Origin: Piedraia hortae CBS 480.64
Lineage: Eukaryota
DNA length: 41,027 bases
Assembly: GCA_010093745.1 (NCBI GenBank)
Contig: MU005991.1
Coordinates: forward strand, 131,678-172,704
Direction: 5' to 3'
The translations under genes and the position numbers were made by a program. The notes beneath the pieces were generated by a model. The model was not told the origin of the DNA, did no database searches, and saw nothing but the letters and a program-made list of their open reading frames with translations. This document shows positions 1 to 8,900 of the stretch, piece after piece; the stretch's first letter is position 1, and every line of letters starts with the position of its first letter.

Positions 1-470
1 AAGTCGTCGTCTTCGTCATCGCTGGCCTTCCCCTTGAGGAAACGGGAAATGTCGGAGTGATAATTCTCTAGGCTCGTGAGCCGGCTTTCCTCAATGTCAA
101 GGCCCTTGGCAACGGTAGACTTGAGCAGAGGGCCTACTGGGCTTTCAGTTCCGGGTGCTTCTTGAAGATCTTGCCAATCATCGTGTTGGCGTCAGCAATA
201 GTGAGTTCCTCACTCTGTAGTTGCTTGGTGGTGATGTGGAAAATACCCAGGTGGTTTTCCAGAAGCATCCGCAGCTCCTGGTGGGCAACTGGTTCCAAGA
301 GCTTGGGCTGAGGTTTTCGTCCTAGTGGTCAAGAAGCGGTGCAAGCTCGAAATACCGCCTGAGCATCGAACGTTGAGGTCCAGCGGATCTCGTTCCTCGT
401 TACAGGCCTGTAGGCGGTTGAGCGGCGCAGCTTGTCGGCCTGCATGGGCGTTTCAAGAACTTTGCAACGA
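1..470 (-). pseudogene. hAT-family transposase relic (C-terminal part, frameshifts and stops; runs off the window edge)
   Basis: Minus-strand frames give KLRRSTAYRPVTRNEIRWTSTF / MLRRYFELAPLL / FHITTKQLQSEELTIADA, resembling the hAT 'TRWxSTxxML-RY' and 'TKxLQSExLT' blocks. Confidence 0.65.
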
Positions 471-869
471 TGTCGGAAGCAAGCAGTCAATTTGCCTGTG
501 TGGATGGCACCGATTTCGTAAGTTTGTTTAACCATTCCTATTTCTCTTCAGTGTTTGAGGCATCTCTGACGCAAAACGGGCCAGCAATCTCTGCGACCTG
601 ATTGAAGGCAGTCTGGGCAGTCTCTTCAGAACTACCACCCGTGAAGACGACATCTCTGCTTCGGTAAAGGACCGCTCTTAGGCCACAGTTTTCCTTTGGA
701 ACAGCGGAAAGCTACTACGAGATCTTGGCGAATGCGGCCGGCTGTCCGCGGTGGCACAGCTTTGTCGGGGGGCCCCCAATCTGGCTGTGGTTCGGGCACA
801 GACTTGGTCCCCTTCTCCTCTCAAGTCTCGGGTTCGAACCCGGGCGAGGACTAGACATTGCAAACGAAC

Positions 870-1061
870 TGGGTGTCCAACTCTTACGAACGCCGGGAAC
901 AGCATGATACCGTTATACTTGGCTTTCAGGCGAAGATCGCTAGGGAAAATTGAGCTGTACGTGTTCTCAGGATGACACCGCTCTACAGACCATGGCCCAT
1001 CGTAACCAGGATCGCTCTTGGTCTTGCGCTGTCTGGTTCGGAAGACCCAGTGTTTAGACAT
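870..1061 (-). pseudogene. Ty3/gypsy integrase C-terminal (GPY/F, SH3-like) fragment
   Basis: WVFRTRQRKTKSDPGYDGPWSVERCHPENTY...YNGIMLFPAFVRVGHPVR resembles the gypsy post-integrase 'K..P.Y.GP(F/W).V......NTY' motif. Confidence 0.6.
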
Positions 1062-1614
1062 ACAGAATACTGTGGCATACCCCTGCTCATTCCGATGCGG
1101 AATGTATGTCGGAGGGTGTGGTGTTTTTTTTTGTCGTTAGGGCCAGCAGTGGTTCATAATTCTCAAAGTGCAGAGCAGTTGCGACGAGCGGTGGAGTGTC
1201 TGAGGCGAAGCAGAAGGTTGAAACCCAGGGAATTTCAGTGCTCGATCCACTTCATGTAGGGGTCGGGCTAAGCCATGCTACTGGAACCTAAAGGATGTGG
1301 CACAACGTCAGTGTAGTGGAAGAGACTCGCCGTGCGGTAAGAAGGAGTGTTTGTGTTTCGGAAAATAGGAGAAAACGAAGGACAGTGGGTGGCCATTAGA
1401 AATGCGTTGTTGTAAAGTCAACTTGAGCGTGTCGTGCTCCACAACACTATTCCTGGACGGTCATTCACACCACTCATTATCCTCTCTTGTACGAATATGG
1501 AAGGTGGCGTGACTCATGACTCGGTCCAACATACACCTCTGCGAAAGCTCAATGATACCTGGTCTAAAGTGGGCTCGTAAGAGAAGACCTCTGTTCTACA
1601 TCGGGAAAAAAAAA

Positions 1615-1919
1615 TGTCGGAGGGGTGAACCTCTAAGGACTAGAGCGGAGTGGATGTCAACGACGAAAGTTTTCACTCAACTTTTACTGAAAAATGTGTA
1701 ATGTAGATCTCTATCTCTACGAGGTGAGGTTCAAAATCCCCCCCACACCACCTCAGTCTAACCGCATTCGCCAGGACAGCGTCAGCGAACCATGCCCTTA
1801 AGCATGAACAAGACAATGACCCGTCTCAGGGAGAACTTCCTCTATAGAGGTGAAAACCCAGAGAAGTTTCGACTTCTATCTATGGTTCTGGTCATGGTGG
1901 TTGCTACGTCCTTTTGACA
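1615..1919. mobile_element. Solo LTR, family A, copy 1 (305 bp)
   Basis: Termini TGTCGG...TTGACA, flanked by AAAAA on both sides (candidate 5-bp TSD); collinear end to end with 31849-32149. Confidence 0.8.
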
Positions 1920-4454
1920 AAAAATCACCATGAGTCTGGTATATTAGCGTACACAGCCTTGTACCCATCTCGTTGCACACCCCCATCTCCAACACCGCTC
2001 CCCATGACCCCCCTAACGACGCCTGGATCTTGTACTAGATCGCAGAGCCATCTTCTCGGCTGTAGGATCGGGATAATTTCTCTTGCGAGGCGCAGTCGTA
2101 GCCTTACCCTCCGACTTTCTTCTCGAGGCCGCGCTTTCCCCTTTCTCCACGTTTTTCGTTTCCTGCTTCTGCCCACTCAGACTCTGTTGAATATTGGGTA
2201 CTAGCTCTTGGTTCAGCTCTTGAGTGTTTTGCTCAGGCGATGAAGTTTCTGAAACGTTCAAGACAGGAAAAATTACCTCCATTTCTTCCTTGGTGAGGTC
2301 TTTTCCTTTTCTCAACTCATTTAACACTTTTTCATACTGCTCTTCGTTATATGATAGATATTCGAGCTTTCTATCGTCTTTTTTGTATTCTTCGGCCATT
2401 GGAACGGGGTGCAGTCGCTGCCGCTGGCGTTTTGATGTTCCTTGCTGTGAGAGGAGGATAGAATTTTTTGTAGAGCGGTTTGTTATGGGGTGCCAAGCCA
2501 CACGGCATGCCTCCTTTCGGTTCCTGAGGCGGGGCACCTATTCAACGCACATTGGCTTCTTCCTTATCGACCGAGCAGCAATGCGATTTGTTTCTTTCGA
2601 TAGGCGGGATGCTAGTGCGATTTTTGGAATATATGCGCACAAGTGTGCGAGCAATAAATGTTCTATTTGGCAAGACACGAACCGATCTTAAGGGGGTTTC
2701 CTGGTACAGAAGTGCGAGCTGGAGGGGCTTTGATCTACGCTCAAACTTCATATGGAAATACAGTTACTGGTTTCGGAAAGCAAAAAGGGAGCCCCGCGAA
2801 GAATTTTCTCGAATGCGATATCGACGTTGCTTCGTAGCAGAACCAACGTCGCTGGTTCTGGACGTCTCGATAGCGATGCTGAACTGTCCAAATGATTGAC
2901 AACGTGGACTTCTGACTTTGGCCCAGGATAGCACTGTTCATAGGATCATGGTCGCTTGGTTTTTATTTCGGAGGCCGCAGCAGCCGTACATTTCTTGGTT
3001 CCCCAAGCATATTTTTAGTAGTGAAAAAGGCCGCCGGCAACGCTTCTCATTCGTTTTGCCCTTTTTGCCTATCTCCTCACTGTTCACTGTGACGGAGGAA
3101 GGAGCCTCGCTCGACGGCGACCGGTAAAGGTAACTTATCCATGTCCCACCTCTCTCACCGAAGATCTTGCGAAGATACCTTTGACATCCAGAATCGATCC
3201 ATCGTCGCCCAAGGATCGCAGACTGATTCGCGACCGCTCAACCACCAACAGACTATCACGCCTTCCTCTATATTTATACAGACGAGTCCGCCACGGTCCG
3301 TTTAGATGCAGGTCAGCAGTGAGGACGGGTAGCATAGTCCCCAGCTCATAACACGACGACATTAAGCGGTAGGGCAAATCACCATTCTTCTCGCCCCTAA
3401 AGTGATAGGGGAAACAGGAATAGGAAGAAAGAAAGGGAGAGGAGAGAGAGAAGAGAAAAGAGACTGTAAGATGCAAATACGTATAGTTTGAAAACAGCAG
3501 CCCACGTTCAGATAAGACTTGTAGAATCCCCAGAAATATATGCGTCCATGTGCACACGTGGAAATCTGTCCATATGGCAACTTGCTCCAAATCTCTACCC
3601 ATCTCTAGGGTGACCCTACTCGGCCAAAGGTGACACGGCACCATGGCTTGCTTTAGGAGGACTTGGATTAGCTGGAACTTCGTATGCTCTGCTTTCAACA
3701 CCTGCAACTCTTTTGGTAGCACAATCTTGATCCTGCTAGTGGCTTCACAAGGCACAAACTCGCCTTTCAGATTCATTTTGTGGATCTTTTTAACGTAGAG
3801 TCTCCGTTCGGTGAGTTCTTGGACCCTTGTGATGGGCTGTGCAAAGAAAAATTGTAATGCGTAAGGAGTTCTAGACCGTTAGATTCCTGATTAGGGGTTT
3901 TGGGTACCGGATTCGGGTCGGGTTCCTCGATAGCATCGAGCTGGCGGTTGCCCTGCACGTGACCTTCCGTCGATTGCCTGTAGTTCCTGCGGTCCTCCAC
4001 ATCCTGTGAATCTCGTTGACTATTCGATCTCCCTGCTCTAGGCTGTATTATTTCACACCTTTCTTCGCATTGGTTTCGTACGTAGGTGGGACCGTGAGCT
4101 TCATGAGGCGCTTTTTCCGTAGAGGGGCGGGATCCCACAGACGCTTTATCGACTACAGCCCTCGAGCTAGTCACAAACATGCGCCGAATACTGTCGATGT
4201 GGTCTTTTAAATGGAAATTGAATGCAAGACTGGCAAGTTGTTTTCCGTGGTCCACAACTTTGACTCCACACACAAGAGCCTGTCGCTGATCTCGTCAAAC
4301 AACTTGTCCCGTGCGGTGCTAGAGAGTTCCTTGAATTGCTGTTCATTATGTTCGAGTTTCTCGTCCAACTGAGTGGACAGGCGGTTCACGTGCGCGATTG
4401 ATCGCAGAATCGTGATGGTTTTCTATCGGAGGTGAAGCTTTCCGGGCTCATAGA

Positions 4455-4590
4455 TATCGGAAGGGGGGGAGGAATCTACTCATGAAAGGTGGAGCGGTGG
4501 ATGGTGTGTGATTCCATAACTATACATGACTGTGGACGTCGATGACTATGGAAAAGAGGAAGTGAGGGGCAGACATGTCATGCCCCAGGC
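4455..4590. mobile_element. Partial LTR, family A related
   Basis: Starts TATCGGAAGGGGGG like the 27813 copy and shares its GGTGGA..GTGTGTGAT..ATGAYTATRGAAAAGAGG blocks. Confidence 0.55.
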
Positions 4591-4658
4591 AAATCATTTT
4601 CAGTGAGATTAGAACCCTGGAAAGCTCAGTGCCCTATCTACAAGCAAGTGTCTGACGC

Positions 4659-4863
4659 TGTCACAAAAGATCCAATATGGGAAAGGGCACAATATATTGC
4701 GACTAATCGCGATGGGATTCGTAGGATGAACTTTGTCTTGGCTTCGCGGGCCGGCCCGACTCATCCAGATGGTCTCTACCGTGGGGAAAATTTTCAGACA
4801 TAAAATCTACTGCCGGATCAATGTTCAAGACAACGGCCACACACTCTAACGTCGATCGCGACA
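4659..4863. mobile_element. Probable solo LTR of a second family (205 bp)
   Basis: Termini TGTCAC...GCGACA; flanks GACGC and AACAC differ only by two G/A transitions. Confidence 0.45.
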
Positions 4864-4914
4864 AACACGATGTCATAGAAACTTCATACACATAACTCAT
4901 AGCAATACCCTCAT

Positions 4915-5754
4915 CTAAAACATACCCCCCAGCATCATGCCCCCAAGCAACCCACCACCCATTCCGAGCGCAAGCGGCATTCCCAATCCACCACCATAGC
5001 CCCCATAATACGGCCTCCCATACGGCGCCGCGGGGCGGACATACCTCGCATTGGGCGTCGTATAAATCCCGCTCCCGTAGGGATTATATCCGTATCCGCT
5101 GCCATACCCCATTCCACCACCGTACCCTGGAGGTTCGATATAGATATCCTTCCCTTGGCGATCTTGACCAATGCACTGCGGCTGACCCGTGCGAAGGGCC
5201 TCACCCATCGCGCGACGGATACGCATATGCTGCTCATAAGCACGCTGCTCTTCCTGGGCGCGTTGTTGGCGCTTTTGTTCGCGCTGTTCGTGCGTTGTGC
5301 CCGTCATCTTGTCTTTGAACTTGCGACCAAAACCCTTCTTTGAGGATTCGGGACGAGGAGGAAGTTCGGAAGCGGAATCCTCGTCGTCGGTGTGAGAGGC
5401 GATGATGTCGTCTCTGTTGGGGAGATGGCGGCTTTCTTGAAGGATGCGATCTCGTTCCTGAGCAGGGAGGGAGCTCATGTATTCGTTGTCATCGTAGGGA
5501 TGGACCCAGATACTACGGGGAGGGTCACGGTTGGTGTCGACGAAGAACTGATGCTCCGTGGCAGGATCGAAGGTGCGGACCCAGCCGGGCGGGAGAGGTC
5601 GGCTCTCGTCTTCCATCGATCGGCGATGGGCGGTGGGAATTCCACTGTTGTTGCTGCTGCCGGGTACGCCCAGATGATTGGGGTCTTGGGGTCGGGTGCC
5701 GGTGGCTTGGTAGTATGAGGGCGGTGCCTCATTGGGGATCTGCTGGTTGGACAT
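4915..5754 (-). CDS. WW-domain protein with Gly/Tyr-rich C-terminus (WWM1-like)
   Basis: 279 aa ORF; WW domain RPLPPGWVRTFDPATEHQFFVDT...SIWVHP; N-terminal PPSY motif; GGLLGG-type tail. Confidence 0.85.
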   Translation of the reverse strand: MSNQQIPNEAPPSYYQATGTRPQDPNHLGVPGSSNNSGIPTAHRRSMEDESRPLPPGWVRTFDPATEHQFFVDTNRDPPRSIWVHPYDDNEYMSSLPAQERDRILQESRHLPNRDDIIASHTDDEDSASELPPRPESSKKGFGRKFKDKMTGTTHEQREQKRQQRAQEEQRAYEQHMRIRRAMGEALRTGQPQCIGQDRQGKDIYIEPPGYGGGMGYGSGYGYNPYGSGIYTTPNARYVRPAAPYGRPYYGGYGGGLGMPLALGMGGGLLGGMMLGGMF

Positions 5755-5808
5755 GATGCTATTAGGAGTGACAATGCGATGGGCAAGAAAGTGGTTTTAT
5801 GGTAGCGG

Positions 5809-5835
5809 TGACATCATAGCATTGACATCATAGCA
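5809..5835. promoter_or_regulatory. Tandem TGACATCATAGCA direct repeat (CRE-like bZIP sites) upstream of the WW gene
   Basis: Two exact 13-mers at 5809-5821 and 5823-5835, 55-80 bp upstream of the ATG; TGACTCA at 5902-5908. Confidence 0.35.
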
Positions 5836-5986
5836 CCGCCACACCGGCAGTGGCTGTGCCAGGGCACTAGGTCAAATAAGCTTTCGGGTATATCACTCAG
5901 CTGACTCACATTTGCACACAGCCGATTTCTCGAAATAATTTTATTACAGATTCGCTACATATAAGTACGTCTGTAATTATATCGAC

Positions 5987-8900
5987 TTATGCTTTGCTCT
6001 TCCTCCTCTTTTTGGTCTGCTCTTCTGGCAGGTCTGTTCCAGACCTTCGTTTCCTCTTTCTTGCCTCATCCACTTTCGCCTTGATGGCTTCTTCGTACAG
6101 CGTCTCCTCCCTTTTCTTCTTCTTATCCTTCTTATCCTTCTTATCCTTCTTATCCTTTTTATCCTTCTTATCCTTCTTATCCTTCATCTCTTCCTTGAAG
6201 TCAGCCATTTCGGGGGAACTGCCGGTGAGTGCATAAAGTGGAGCGGCAATGTGAGAACATGAGGATATCGTCGATGTATGCCCGGGCAAACGTTGCGGCA
6301 GGGGCCAGGATGCGGTCAATATATTTTTGGAAGATTGCTGGTGCGTTTTTAATGCCAAATGGCATCACCGTGTACTGGAAGGTGCCGAGGGGCGTAGTAA
6401 ACGCAGTGAGGGGCTGGCTAGTCGGGCTAACCGGTACGTGGTGAAATGCACGGTTGACGTCGAGGACGGAGAACGTTGTTGCCTGCATTGCCGTCTGGAG
6501 AATGTCGTACAAATTGGGTATGGGGTAGAGTTCAGGCAGCGTGATGTCGTTTAGTGCACGGTAATCTACGCACATACGCAGGGATCCGTCCTTTTTTGGG
6601 ACAAAGAGGACGTTTGCGGCCGTGGCTGACGTTGCCGGCTGGACCCATCCCTTGGTTCGTGCTTCCTGCAAGGTTTCCTGTAGCGCGTCCTCTTCTTGTT
6701 TTGTGAAGGGACGGTGACGTCGAGATGGCGGTAGCTGGCCGGTAACTTCAATGTGGCATACTCCTGTTACCCCTTCTTGATTAATGTATGGCAGGCCAAG
6801 GATTATTGGTTCGGTAAGGTTGGGTACGATGTAACACAGTACAGCGCGTCCGTCGACAGTGATGATGCACGAGTCTGCATGTTCCACAAGGGGTATTCCG
6901 GTGGCTCCCTTGAGGGTTACGGATGAAGTCATGCGTTCGGTAGGGGCGATTTCTTCACGAATGCAGCTAACTGCTGCCCCCGTGTCGACAAGTGCGTCAT
7001 AGGCCTGTCCCTCGAGATTGACGCGAACGCGTTGTTCCGCGGTTCCCAGCGAGTCCGAGGCCTGGATAAAGTTAATGGCCTTATCTTCTGCGGTTACCTT
7101 GGCGTAGCAATTTTTCTGGACATGGCCCGACCGGTTACACTGGTGGCATTTAGGTTTGCCGGCTCCTCTTCCGCGTCGGGTCTTCTTCCGGGAGGATCGG
7201 CTGGGTCGTTCGAGTTCCAGAGCGGCCTCGGCTCGTCTGGCTACCTCCTTTGTGGCTTCATAGCCGAGTTCCGGGTGTCGGAGGACTTCCTTGCGCAGGG
7301 GTTCCTTGAGTGCATTAACGAACAGCCCCTTGCGCGTGACATCCGGCCATCCCAAAGCGCAGCACAGCCCTTCCAAGTGAGCGACGAGCACTCCGACAGA
7401 GGATGTCTGTCGTAGGTGCATTAGGGCGTGTTCGTCTTGCTGCTGTCGAATGGTGTCGGAAACACCGAAAGTGGTGGTCAACGCAGTTTCCAGTGCGGAC
7501 CACTGTTGTAACAACTGAGGCTGCCGCGGCAGCGTGCGGACGAACCATTCGCGCGCGGTTCCACGTAGCTGGTTCGCGGCATAGGCGCACTTAATGCGTC
7601 CTTCCCTCAGGTCACTATCGAGGAGCTCCTTGAGTCTGACGTGCGTTAGGAACGCGGGCAGGTCCCCGGGCTTCCCCGAGAACGTTTGCCCGTCTCCTGC
7701 ACCGATTTCATAGTTCACCGGCGGCTTCTCGTCAATCTCCATTGTTGGCTGCATCGGATCAATAGGCGATACCTCGTCCTCGGAGTACTCCTCTTCTGAA
7801 GGGTAGGTATTAGGCAAAAAGCCTTCCTGGGTCCTTTCTTCGAGAGGTGTTTGAGGACGCTGTAGTTCGTCCGTAGGCCGGGCAGCGGCCGACGAGATAG
7901 GGAGGCCTGACGGTGGAATATGTCTAGGTCGCGACGGCCTAGATGGTGGGCTCATACAAGATACGAACAACACAAATAAAATCGAGCGGGGGTCACAGAG
8001 CTAGAGCTTCTTGTTGGCAAAGGATTTTATTTGTGTTGTTAGGAGAAGAGGAAGGGCGGAGGCTCCAGCTATTATATAGCGGCCTCCGCACGGACCTTCC
8101 CCCTTTCTCCACTCCTTACTAATTACCTATTCGGGAAACCCGTTACTTATCTCCCCCCCCATCCTCTGACTTCTTCTTGCGCCTCTTTTGCTCGAGAGCG
8201 CCAGATGTGACGCCGGGAGCATCGATTTCCTCCTCCGCACCGGCTGCAGTGGGGTCAGACACCTTGATAGCCGCCAGCGCCGTGTCCATTGCTTTTTTCT
8301 GTAGAATAATGTCAGCAAGGTTAAACAATCAGCATCCAGGAATGTACCATTGCATCTTCATTTTTAGTCGGGTTCACGCCTTCAGCGTAAAACCTCAGCC
8401 GCTCCTCTACTTGAGTTTTAAGGGCATCGCCAAAGGCTCTAGTCGGCTGTGTGCTAAAGTTGTCGATTCTGCTTGCGATGCTGACTTTGTTTGCTAGGAA
8501 ACGCGATATTCTGCCTTTGTTTTTGCTTCCCGCCCGGCCGATGTAGGTTGAATTGTAAAGGATGCCATACTTTGGAGTTTTGCCCTTTGTCTTGAGGGCG
8601 CGGAAGAGAGCCTTTTCCGCGCCTAGGATCTGGACGGTGGAGGCCGGAGCCTTGGCGAGATTGGCGAGAGATCCTGCATGTGAGATGAGACGGGCGCCGA
8701 CGATGTCTCCTAAGAGGGCGGCCACGTTGGGTGCCACGCTGTTCATTTTGGACGCCAGATAGCTGGTAAGGGACTTGCGGACGTCAGAGGTTTGAACTAC
8801 ACGCTCAGCGAACTTCATGACACACTCCATGTCGGCGTCCGAAACGTCGTGGCCCATGGATACCTTTGCAGCGTCAATGATTGCTCTTGCCACGCTCTCA

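Larger units (their letters stand above)
763..4590 (-). mobile_element. Highly degenerate LTR retrotransposon (5' LTR remnant, PBS-like site, gag-like ORF pieces, integrase C-terminal fragment, PPT, 3' LTR end)
   Basis: LTR-family sequence at 4455-~4590; TATGAGCCC immediately downstream on the minus strand (4444-4452); broken ORFs at 4389-2013; integrase-tail peptide at ~870-1061; purine tract GAGAGGAGAAGGGG at 809-822; family terminus TGTCGGGGGG at 763. That these pieces belong to one element is inference. Confidence 0.4.

Noticed and set aside
669..740. HDV-like ribozyme topology (CCGCT/AGCGG, GTT/AAC, GGCCACA/TGCGGCC, GGCGAA)
   Set aside because: P1 is incomplete, the P1.1 GG is missing and P4 is unconvincing; in the related LTR copies GGCGAA simply pairs in a local hairpin.
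6121..6184. CRISPR-like array
   Set aside because: Spacer-less coding microsatellite in a eukaryotic gene.
5987..6358. Stand-alone 123-aa Lys-rich gene
   Set aside because: Starts at TTG inside the RT region; better explained as the terminal NOP56 exon plus off-frame pol sequence.
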